Origin: Octopus vulgaris
Taxonomy: Eukaryota
DNA length: 64,000 nt
Assembly (NCBI GenBank): GCA_951406725.2
Contig: OX597817.1
Span: 160,952,001 to 161,016,000 of the forward strand
Reading direction: 5' to 3'
Part shown: in pieces, positions 53,702 to 64,000 of the stretch
How the letters are laid out: each line of letters opens with the position of its first letter
Position numbering within the stretch: position 1 is the stretch's first letter
The notes under the pieces: generated by a model
What the model saw: the letters and a program-made list of their open reading frames with translations, nothing else
Told to the model about the DNA's origin: nothing
The model's database searches: none
Translations under genes and position numbers: made by a program

Positions 53702-54916
53702 TCTGAGAGTCGGCTGAAATGACTATAGGCTGAGCGTATGGAATGTGACTAAATGAAATTTGATCTCTGCCTAGCATTCACTTTAGACCCCTACTTTATC
53801 TTTTCACTTTTCATTCTTTTCTTTCCTTTTATCTTTCTTCCCTTCAATCCCATCCTTCTATCCGTCTCCTGATCCCTCTCATCGTACCTTTGGAACATAA
53901 GCACCACCATTTTCTTTCTTTTTTGTTAGTTTTCATCATGTAGTGACAAACATTTTGAAATACTTGCAATTTGTATTTTTACTGCTTACGTTTGCTTCGC
54001 TTGATATATTTCCGAAATTAAACATTTTAATATATAAAATATACTTCACATTATTACATATACTATACGTTAATGCAAAAAATATTGTATTTATTGACTA
54101 TCTTCAAAATGATCACACCATCAATAGAAAGTCAATGCCAACTTACTAAGGCAGTTACGAAAGGCTATCAAGAGCAAGCGCCCAGAAAAACCGATGAATG
54201 GGGGTCTTGTTTCATTAGGACAATGCTTCAGCGCACAAGTCCTTGGTTTCAATGGCGGTTGTGTGTGACTGGCCTTGAACTGGTTGATCACCTCCCACCC
54301 TGTGTTAGTGATTTGGTTTCATCTGGTTATCATCTGTTTCCTAACATGAAAAGACACTCGGCTGGGTACCAGTATCGCTGTGATGATGACGTCTTATTTG
54401 CTACTAGCAGTATCGCCCGGCGTTGCTCGGGTTTGTAAGGGAAATAACTATATAAGCATTTTTAGAGAGTTATAGCCAAAAGATAGCAAAAAATGCATTA
54501 AAAATGGAAAAAAATGATGGTAAATTTTTTAAATCGTTGACTCATCGTAGACATTTTTAGAGAGTTACTTCCCTTATATAATAGCGAAAAAATGCATTAA
54601 AATGGGAAAAAATGATGGTAAATTTTTTTTTTAACCGTAGACTCATCGTAGACGCGCGCTAATACCCAGAAGGGCCCGATATGAATCACGACTATAAGAT
54701 ACCCGGTTTTGGTTAAACTGCACCGCAAAATGTGGAAAGATTGACGACTATTTTGACTAACAGGATAGCTTTTTCTCCAGTGCGATCCAAATACTGCAAC
54801 TACTGATGGAAGTGTGCGGACGGTAAGATGGAACTATGTTAAAAAATGAACTTCATTTGGTCACATTCCATGAGAGTGTCTTGCTCAGCCTATGAACATT
54901 TCAGCCGACTCTGATA
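53702..54916 (+). mobile_element. Decayed mariner element interrupted by a Helitron
   Basis: TIR-like ends GAGAGTCGGCTGAAATGACTATAGGCTGA / TCAGCCTATGAACATTTCAGCCGACTCT; remnants of DNA..H and DL.SS.YHLFPNMK transposase motifs. Confidence 0.72.
54404..54735 (-). mobile_element. Non-autonomous Helitron, 5'-truncated
   Basis: CTAG and hairpin terminus identical to 22656-23052. Confidence 0.85.
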
Positions 54917-55069
54917 ACCTGCATTTGCTAACATTGAAAAAAAATCCACTTTTTTCGTAAAAAATTGGGACCTGTGTTTGCACTAGGAAAGACTTCCGCC
55001 CGTCGGATAAAGCGTTAGGACGGTTTTCATAAGAAAAGGCCGATATGAAACGTTAATTCTTTCTTAATA

Positions 55070-55447
55070 TGGAAACACTCTGTCGATTACGACGACGAGG
55101 GTTCCGGTTGATCCGAATCAACGGAACAGCCTGCTCGTGAAATTAACGTGTAAGTGGCTGAGCACTCCACAGACACGTGTACCCTTAACGTAGTTCTCGG
55201 GGATATTCAGCGTGACACAGAGAGTGATAAGGCCGGCCCTTTGAAATACAGGTACAACAGAAACAGGAAGTAAGAGAAAGTTGTGGTGAAAGAGTACAGC
55301 AGGGATCACCACCATCCCCTGCTGGAGCCTCGTGGAGCTTTAGGTGTTTTCGCTCAATAAACACTCACAACGCCCGGTCTGGGAATCGAAACCGCGATCC
55401 TATGACCGCAAGTCCGCTGCCCTAACCACTGGGCCATTGCGCCTCCA
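55070..55447 (-). mobile_element. SINE family A
   Basis: Reverse complement of family A; TSD TTCTTAATAT. Confidence 0.9.
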
Positions 55448-56076
55448 CTTCTTAATATAAGCCGTGTATCTATAGAAGAAATTAGTATAGGAAAGCAGCG
55501 AAAGATAAGACTACAAAGAGTTACCGCCCTTATTTCCAGACTAGTAAATAGTCGAATCAAAATAACCAAATGAGCAAGGTACTTAGTACAAATCCAATAT
55601 ACACATTGTGTTGTGTCTCCGAGGAAAATAATCTCCACAACATTGGTTCACTTTATTTCTCCTGTCGTAGACTACAGATGGAGGTGCCGCAACTTCTTGG
55701 TGAAAGCAACTTGTTCAGATGCTTTTTTTTATTTTTATAGAGCGATCAAATATTTGTACTGTACATTAGATCACACGTCCCATCAAATAGACATCGCCTG
55801 TATGCCACATGCCAGGTGTTGAAGTGATCACAGAGCAACGTGAGATGAAATGTTTTGCTCAACAGCAAAACGAACCGCCCGGTTCGGTAATCGAAACTGT
55901 GATCTCGCGTGCAACACCCTAACTACAAGTCCATGTGCACTTTACTTAGATTTGGATAATCCGAAATAGATATTTGGGGAATGTGAGAGACAGCAACTTA
56001 CTCAAAAAATATTCATTTCACATTCGCTAAAGTTTACTAAGTTTTTAACAATAATTTTAATCTACTCGTAGATATA

Positions 56077-56307
56077 TATTTCTTTACTACCCACAAGGGG
56101 CTAAACACAGAAGGGGACAAACAAGGACAGACAAAGGGATTAAGTCGATTACATTGACCCAGTGCGAAACTGGTACTTTATTTATCGACCCCGAAAGGAT
56201 GAGAGGCAAAGTCGACCTCGGCGGAATTTGAACTCAGAACATAACGACAGACGAAATACTGCTAAGCATTTCGCCCGGCGCGCTAACGTTTCTGCTAGCT
56301 TGCCGCC
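56077..56307 (-). mobile_element. SINE family C
   Basis: Full-length match; flanked by duplicated TCTACTCGT(A/G)GATATA. Confidence 0.88.
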
Positions 56308-56412
56308 TCTACTCGTGGATATATCATGAGCAATATAATGTATTGTACTGAGTGAGTAGGAGGAAAACTTAGCAGTGTCTGGTTCTTTGCTGCTTTAATA
56401 TCTACAGCGAAG

Positions 56413-56812
56413 AAGGCGGCGAGCTGGCAGAAACGTTAGCACGCCGGACGAAATGCGTAGCCGTATTTCGTCTGCCGTTACCTTCTGAGTTCAAATTCCG
56501 CCGAGGTTGACTTTGCCTTTCATCCTTTCGGGGTCGATAAATTAAGTACCAGTTACGCACTGGGGTCGATATAATCGACTTAATCCGTTTGTCTGTCTTT
56601 GTTTGTCCTCTCTGTGTTTAGCCCCTTGTGGGTAGTAAAGAAATAGGTGTTTCGTTTGTTTTTACGTTCTCAGTTCAAATTCCGCCGATGTCAACTTTGC
56701 CTTTCATCCTTGTGGGTTCGATAAATTAAGAACCAGTTGCGAACTGAGATTTATCTAATCAACTGGCCCCCTTCCCCAAAATTTCGGGCCTTGTACCTAG
56801 AGCAGAAAAGAA
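56413..56812 (+). mobile_element. SINE family C heterodimer
   Basis: Head, unit and head-less second unit at junction GAAATA|GGTGTTTCG. Confidence 0.85.
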
Positions 56813-56823
56813 TAGCTACAGTG

Positions 56824-57141
56824 AAGGCGCGTGGCTTAGTGGTTAGGGCATTCGACTCACTATTGTAAGGTCGTGAGTTCAATTCTCGGCGTTGTGTCCA
56901 TGAATAAGACACTTTATTTCACGTTGCTCCAGTCCATTCGGCTGGAAAAAATCAGTTGTACCTGAATTTCAAAGGGCCGGCTTTGTCACACTATATGTCA
57001 CGCTGAATCTCCCTGAGAAATATGTTAGGGGTACACGTGTCTGTGGATTGCTCAGCCACTTGCACGTTAATTTCACGAGCAAGTTGTTCCGTTGTTCGTA
57101 TCAGCTGGGATCCCCGTCATCGTAACCGACAGAGTGCTCCA
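56824..57141 (+). mobile_element. tRNA SINE related to family A
   Basis: tRNA head and family A 3' body. Confidence 0.75.
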
Positions 57142-57411
57142 TTTAATATCTACAGCAATGATTCTCAACAGGGGTTCATATGAGATGTTTAGGAGTCCAC
57201 ACAAGCAAAATAACAAATTCAGTCCTCAGTAGTATTTTATGAGTTAAGAAAAATTTTGCTTTAGATATATTTATTGTAAGAAACAGCTCTAACATTTTAC
57301 CTAGTTCTGCTTACAGAAGGGAATATGTGATAAGCAAAATAGGAATTTTGAAAGAAGTAACTATAAAACTAGTATTTAAACATTGATTGACTATTGGGTT
57401 CCACCAAAATA

Positions 57412-57642
57412 TATTTCTTTATTGCCCACAAGGGGCTAAACACAGAAGGGACAAACAAGGACAGACAAACGGATTAAGTCGATTACATCGACTCCAGTGC
57501 GTAACTGGTACTTAATTTATCGACCCCGAAAGGATGAAAGGCAAAGTCGACCTCAGCGGAATTTGAACTCAGAACGTAACGGCTGACGAAATACGGCTTA
57601 CGCATTTAGCCCGGCGTGCTAACGTTTCTGCCAGCTCGCCGT
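57412..57642 (-). mobile_element. SINE family C nested in a hAT-like MITE
   Basis: Reverse-complement match to family C. Confidence 0.85.
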
Positions 57643-57704
57643 TAAAATAAAATAGTGAACAAGGGGATCCATAGATAATTTTTTTTTTAATGGTTAAGAA
57701 CTAA

Positions 57705-57799
<95 letters not shown>

Positions 57800-58283
57800 C
57801 GTGCGTGTGTGGTATCAGCTGATATCTACGATAAATCTCAAGTCATAACTTTTTAGAAAGTGGTTCGTCAAGATTTCACCGTCAATCAATTCACTGTTTA
57901 GATTATTACATTCGAAATAAATATAAAACTTTGTTCATCATACATGTCTCATATACACATATTGTATGCATATATTTACTGCAGGGCCACGGGCCGAACA
58001 GAGAGTATTTACATGATTACTCGACATGTTAGAGATGGCAGCGAAAGTCTCTTCAAGTCATGTCCTTAACGTCTTGGAAAAGAATACATTGAAATATGTG
58101 GTCCTGGATTCCATGCGCAGAGGAAACAGATGGGATGGCCACGGTTGAAATACCTTTGATCATAGGTCTGCTCAATCAGTACTGACCTGGGGCTATAACA
58201 GTGCATGCAAAAGCCACGTTTCATTTTTGACGAATGAGAAAGCAACTTTAGATTCACTGCAGAATTATTTTCATCTGTTCAAA

Positions 58284-58372
58284 ATGGCTGTGCAGTCGCT
58301 TGTCAGTAAAAAGAAGAAAAGTTTTATTGGTTTACCAGCTCCGCTCGGATATGTTCCAGGCTTAGGACGTGG
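58284..58372 (+). CDS. PRPF6: Pre-mRNA processing factor 6, coding exon 1
   Basis: MAVQSLVSKKKKSFIGLPAPLGYVPGLGRG matches the conserved Prp6 N-terminus (PAPLGYVPGLGRG); donor GTTAGT. Confidence 0.95.
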
Positions 58373-59114
58373 GTTAGTAAATGCTACATATATGAAATTA
58401 TTTTATATACATTTATTACAGCGATTAGAAGCGTATCAACAGATTTATTTACTATTCTTTGTTCGCATCAACGTGTTCCTCATGAGTTTTCCCAAATCAC
58501 TTTTGTTTATATTCTGCATTCTTTTTAGATCGTCATGCCGACTTTGGGACCCAACATATTTTTCTACATCGTTTTTCGAATTAATTTAATTTTTTTAATT
58601 AATAAATAAATAGCTATTACTTCATGCCAGTTAAAATCACATTGTATTCATAACAAATAAATCCGTACACTTTGATAATATAAGGACATATATTTATATG
58701 CAGGGGGTCTAGTGATTGATGTCAATACCATCACAGTGTCTAACATATAACATGACTTCATATCCCTTGGCTTATTGGTTTCCCTGTGTCTCTCAAAAAG
58801 ATATTCCTTTCAACGTCAGTTTACTTAAAGTATAGAATAATTATATTTACTCATCTTACCTTACAAACTTAGCTGTGCTAGACTAACATCCCTTCCTAGG
58901 TGAGATTTATTTAATATTCACTTAGTGCTACCAAATTTACGATTAAATTCCAGACCTAGGCCCTATTGTGATTCATGAAGTCATTAACTTAGAATTGTTG
59001 ATATTATCCTACACTATTATACCAATTTTGTTTTCTTTTAGTGTTTTTGTTTTTTGCTGTTTTTTTTCTTACTATTACACTGTTGACAATTTTTCTTTGC
59101 TTTTCGTTCCACAG

Positions 59115-59174
59115 TGCGACTGGATTTACTACTCGTTCTGATATCGGTCCAGCTCGAGATGCAGATGACATTTC
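59115..59174 (+). CDS. PRPF6: PRPF6 coding exon 2
   Basis: ccacAG / GTGAGT; ATGFTTRSDIGPARDADDI; phase 2-2. Confidence 0.95.
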
Positions 59175-59539
59175 GTGAGTATTCAGTTTAAATGTCTAAA
59201 TATCTATTTATTTCTACTATGTTTCCTAAATGTAACAAATTCCTATTATATTTATCTGACATGATTGAGGTTTGAACTTAAAATGCTATGCCACTGAGCA
59301 CATTGTCATACGTTCAAGTCATCATACTACAGCTGCTGTAGTATTTTCATCTCTCTCTCTCCAGGTCCACCCGATCACTCCCACCCTCTCTTCTAAAACC
59401 TGAGTTGTTATGTAGCTCCCCTACAGCAAGAAACCTGTTCTGCTCTGGATCCTTCTCCCATACCTTAACCCTTCATCTCCTAGTGTAAAGCTGCTCCCTT
59501 GGGATTTATAGTCATGTAAGCTGCATTGCGACCTCACTG

Positions 59540-59730
59540 GTGCTAGTAGTATGAGAATAAAGCACCCAATACATGCTTTAAAGTGGTTAGCATTATGAAG
59601 GGCATCCGGCTGTAGAAACCATGCTGAAGCCGACAACAAAGCATGATGCAGTCCTTTTGCCCATTCAATCCTGTCAAACTGTTGTCCAACCCATGCCAGA
59701 ATAGAACATGAATGTTAAATGATGAATGAT
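59540..59730 (+). mobile_element. RTE-type retroposon 3' tail
   Basis: GAAGGGCATCCGGCTGTAGAAAC...CCAACCCATGCCAG...GTTAAATGATGA. Confidence 0.6.
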
Positions 59731-59916
59731 AATGACAATAATATGTCCCCAAGCAACGTAACTCAGTTGGCCTGATTAAAGAAAACAGTCTTCACTCCCT
59801 CTTGACTGTTAAGTTGTCAAAAGAACCATCCATCATTTATGGATCTAAAACAATAAACAAGCTGGTTTTACATTATTTACATTCAACGAATATTTGTCCT
59901 CATCTTGTTTGTTGTT

Positions 59917-59963
59917 AGCACAACGTTTCGGCTGATATTACCCTCTAGCCTTCATCAGGTGTC
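59917..59963 (-). ncRNA. Minimal hammerhead ribozyme, antisense within PRPF6 intron 2
   Basis: Minus strand: CAC-CTGATGA-A-GGCT(13 nt)AGCC-GAAAC-GTT-GTG. Confidence 0.62.
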
Positions 59964-60211
59964 TTGGGAAAATTTCGAACCTGGGTTCTCATTCCTAAGG
60001 TATTTTTCGATGTTATTATTATTATTATTAGTGTTCAGGTCACTGCTTGGAATCAAACCTGGAATCTTGGGGTTAGTAGCCCACACTCTTAACCACTACG
60101 CCATATGCCCATGGGCATTTCCATCAAATGTAAATAATATACATAATTCTTCATCTCTTAAATGTAGAACTGTATTAAGCTGGTTTTAATTTTAATATTT
60201 TTTTAATTCTA

Positions 60212-60430
60212 AAGGCGGTGAGCTGGCAGAAATGTTAGCATGCCGGGTGAAATACATAGCAGTATTTCATCAGTCTTTACATTCTGAGTTCAAATAACGC
60301 CAAGGTCGACTTTGCCTTTCATCCTTTCGGAGTTGATAAATTAAGTACCAGTTGCATATTGGGGTCTATCTAATGAACTGGCCGCCTCCCCCAAAATTTC
60401 GGGCCTTGTGCCAAGAGTGGAAAAGAATAT
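60212..60430 (+). mobile_element. SINE family C (alternative tail)
   Basis: Family head and core. Confidence 0.8.
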
Positions 60431-60679
60431 TTTTAATTCTAACTTTAATACATTTGCTTCTAACTTTGTCTCAGTCTGTTTAATATGATCTATTTAATTT
60501 TAAAAGTTCAATAAATATTTATAGTTAGGCATGCATGTGCCGCAAGAAGTTTGATTCTCTACCACATGATTTCAGGTTCAGTCCCACAACATGGAAACTT
60601 GGGCGAATGTCTACTATTATAGCCCAGGTTGACTAAAGCCTTGTGGGCGGATTTAACTGATAGAAACTACAAGAAACCT

Positions 60680-60718
<39 letters not shown>

Positions 60719-60871
60719 TATTGTCTCTTTGTCTTGATGTTGCATGATAGCTGTCCTATGAATGTCACTCTCATGCAAGTGGTGTTCTTCATTTCCAATC
60801 TTCCACAAAGCATTTGGTCATGGGAAATACTCCCTTCCTTGGAAAAAGGTTGACAAGAAGAGCATCTAGTT

Positions 60872-61092
60872 AAGGCAGCGAGCTGGCAGAAACGTTAGCA
60901 CGCCGGACGAAATGCTTAGCGGTATTTCGTCTGTCTTTACGTTCTGAGTTCAAATTCCGCCAAGGTCAACTTTGCCTTTTATCCTTTCGGGGTTGATAAA
61001 TTAAGTACCAGTTACACATTGGGGTTGATGTAATTGACTTAATCCCTTTGTCAGTCCTTGTTTGTCCCCTCTATGTTTAGCCCCTTGTGGGC
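60872..61092 (+). mobile_element. SINE family C nested in an RTE-tail element
   Basis: Family match; duplicated GCATCTAGTT flanks. Confidence 0.8.
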
Positions 61093-61260
61093 AGGGCATC
61101 TAGTTGAAGAAAATCCGCCTCAACAAACTCCATCTGACCCCTGCAAACATGGAAAAGTGGACATTAAAAGGTTGATGATGATGATTGCACACTTTTCTTT
61201 GCTCCATCATTCTAAGAATGAAAAGGTTTAACAACAGTCTTCTTTTGTTTGTTTATTTAG

Positions 61261-61351
61261 TGATGATCGACATGCACCACCCAATAAAAAGAAGAAAGAT
61301 GATAAAGATGATGATGATGATGAAGATTTGAATGATGCAAATTATGATGAG
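61261..61351 (+). CDS. PRPF6: PRPF6 coding exon 3
   Basis: tatttAG / GTATTT; DDRHAPPNKKKKDDKDDDDDEDLNDANYDE; phases 2 to 0. Confidence 0.95.
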
Positions 61352-61707
61352 GTATTTCATTTCCATTGATTATGTTTTTGTCTTTTTATATCTTTTTAAC
61401 ATTTCCTTGTCTTTTTGTCCAGATATCTAAAATGTCTGAGAAACAGTAATTTTGGATTCAGATCTCATGGAAGTTGATTTTATTTTCATCCCACAAGGAT
61501 TGGTAAAACAAATACCAGTCCTTTGTCTGTATTCACCCACTATAAATGTATAACCTTGCATTAATATAAATATTATATATGCCTGCCCTTCTGTCACTAA
61601 ACTATGGGCCTTCAGGCTAAATAGAAGAAAAGCAAATTATACAGTAAATCGCAAATCTACTCATCGTAGATGGAGGGAAGTCATAACAGCAGTATGTATT
61701 GAGAGTG

Positions 61708-62097
61708 TAGGCGCAATGGCCCAGTGGTTAGGGCAGCGGACTCGCAGTCGTAGGATCGCGGTTTCGATTCCCAGACCGGGCGTTGTGAGTGTTTATTGAG
61801 TGAAAACACCTAAAGCTCCACGAGGCTCCAGTAAGGATGGTGGTGATCCCTGCTGTACTCTTTCACCACAACTTTCTCTCACTCTTACTTCCTGTTTCTG
61901 TTGCACCTGTATTTCAAAGGGCCGGCCTTGTCACTCTCTGTGTCACGCTGAATATCCCCGAGAACTACGTTAAGGGTACACGTGTCTGTGGAGTGCTCAG
62001 CCACTTACACGTTAATTTCACGAGCAGGCTGTTCCGTTGATTCGGATCAACCGGAACCCTCATCGTCGTAACCGACGGAGTGCTAAGTGTGCTTCCA
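61708..62097 (+). mobile_element. SINE family A
   Basis: Match to 198-583; TSD ATGTATTGAGA. Confidence 0.9.
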
Positions 62098-62447
62098 CAT
62101 GTATTGAGAAATGTATAAATGGACTTGATAGATTACTGGGTGATGTCTTAAAGAAATCACATTATTGTTGGTGGATGCAGCATTCTATTGCAGCTATATA
62201 ACGTGTTTGCGAATAAGTGACGTGATGACGATTCACTCCCAATCTGAAATAGACTCCCAGCCTCTGTATCGTGAATGGTTATGTGGACCACTCCTAACAA
62301 AAGCCAGAGCTTCCTTTGACCACTACATAAAAAGTATTAAGATAAAAATGTTATTTAGATGTACTTTTTATTTTAGTTGCTTACACTATTTTACACTTGT
62401 TTATACTCTTATACAAAGTTCACATATTCCTTAAACGATAATATCAA

Positions 62448-62845
62448 TAGGCACAGGAGTGGCTGTGTGGTAAGTAGCTTGCTAACCAACCACATGGTTC
62501 CGGGTTCAGTCCCACTGCGTGGCATCTTGGGCAAGTGTCTTCTGCTATAGCCCCGGGCCGACCAATGCCTTGTGAGTGGATTTGGTAGACGGAAACTGAA
62601 AGAAGCCTGTCGTATATATGTATATATATATGTTTGTGTGTGTGTGTTTGTCCCCCTAGCATTGCTTGACAACCGATGCTGGTGTGTTTACGTCCCCGTC
62701 ACTTAGCGGTTCGGCAAAAGAGACCGATAGAATAAGTACTGGGCTTACAAAGAATAAGTCCCGGGGTCGATTTGCTCGACTAAAGGCGGTGCCCCAGCAT
62801 GGCCGCAGTCAAATGACTGAAACAAGTAAAAGAGTAAAAAGAGTA
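62448..62845 (+). mobile_element. SINE family B
   Basis: Match to family B. Confidence 0.9.
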
Positions 62846-63033
62846 TGATTACAAAACTTCATTGTAGATGGTATTTTCTGTTTGGTCGACACTAATTTTC
62901 AAATTACTGGAGTCCGTTGCTCTCCACATAGCGACATTTAACTGGCCATGTGTAAACATCGGAGTAAGTAAAAATACACCTATACGATCTAAAGTCTGGC
63001 TTTGGGCCTTGTTTGCTGTGAATTCGTGTGTGG

Positions 63034-63064
<31 letters not shown>

Positions 63065-63420
63065 GTTTAACGTCCGCTTTCCATGCTAGCATGGGTTGGA
63101 CGGTTCAACTGGGGTCTGGGAAGCCCGAAGGCTGCACCAGGCCAGTCAGATGTGGCAGTGTTTCTACAGCTGGATGCCCTTCCTAACGCCAACCACTCCG
63201 AGAGTGTAGTGGGTGATTTTATGTGCCACCGACACAGGTGCCAGACGAGGCTGGCAGACGGCCACGCTCGGATGGTGTTTTTTATGTGCCACCGACACAG
63301 GTGCCAGACGAGGCTGGCAGACGGCCACGCTCGGATGGTGTTTTCTTATGTGTCACCGACACAGGTGCCAGACGAGGCTGGCGGACAGCCACGCTCGGAT
63401 GGTGTTTGTTACGTGCCCTC
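63034..63420 (-). mobile_element. RTE-type retroposon 3' end with (GAT)n tail and three internal units of about 62-65 bp (63220-63415)
   Basis: Minus strand: GTTGGCGTTAGGAAGGGCATCCAGCTGTAGAAAC...CATGGAAAGCGGACGTTAAAC(GAT)n. Confidence 0.75.
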
Positions 63421-63876
63421 AGCACAGAGGCCAAAAAAGTCAATCAGTTAAGTGGGCCTTGCATTGAAAAAATATGAATTGTATTTAGGTAAAGCCCACC
63501 AAAGTAGAGAGTAGATGAACACTATTACTGTACAATAGTTTAATTTTCTTCATATAATTGTGTAAAGTGAAATATCTTGGCTATAGACACAGTTCTAGGT
63601 GACGGCTTTTACAAAACATCAACATATAAATGAACATCAGTCATATAAATATCACATTCTTGGGAAGACCTGTAAAGACTATGGTTACTCTCTCACTCTT
63701 TCTCTCTTTCAATTTATCTTTCTGTCTCTCCTTCCTCCTCCCTATCTCTCTGTCCCCCACCTTTCTCTCTCTCTCTCTGCTAAAATGTAATCTATAAAAA
63801 AAGATTGGTCTGAATGACAGCTATAAAAAGAAGTATAATGTATGTTAAATGAAATGTGGTTCTTGTCTTTGGTCAG

Positions 63877-64000
63877 TTTGCTGGTTATGGCGGCAGTTTA
63901 TGCAGCAAAGATCCGTACGATAAAGATGATGAAGAAGCAGATGCAATATACGATGCGATCGATAAAAGGATGGATGAGAAACGGAAAGAGCGGCGTGAGC
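63877..64000 (+). CDS. PRPF6: PRPF6 coding exon 4 (runs off the window)
   Basis: tggtcAG; [41 protein letters not shown]. Confidence 0.95.

Overview
AT-rich, microsatellite- and transposon-dense animal genomic DNA. The SINE families and microsatellite load look like an octopus/coleoid cephalopod genome, which is my inference and not verified. Almost all long ORFs in the track are microsatellite artefacts. Two spliced host genes on the + strand were reconstructed by hand from GT-AG splice sites and consistent intron phases. (1) A 5'-incomplete 6-exon gene (33710-48278, about 290 aa) encodes a cysteine-rich HEXXH zinc metallopeptidase whose HELGH...Y-x6-EYWAE active site matches bacterial anthrax lethal factor / Pro-Pro endopeptidase-type enzymes. 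(2) The first four coding exons of PRPF6 run from 58284 to the window end. The rest is three tRNA-derived SINE families (one forming head-less 184-bp multimers), a young 5'-truncated R4/Dong-like RLE LINE in a (TAA)n tract plus related fragments, non-autonomous Helitrons, mariner, hAT and Merlin-like elements, a CR1 3' end, RTE-type tails, minimal hammerhead ribozymes, (TA)n-centred fold-back palindromes and a 3x89-bp hairpin repeat. Repeat coordinates are approximate and no database search was possible.
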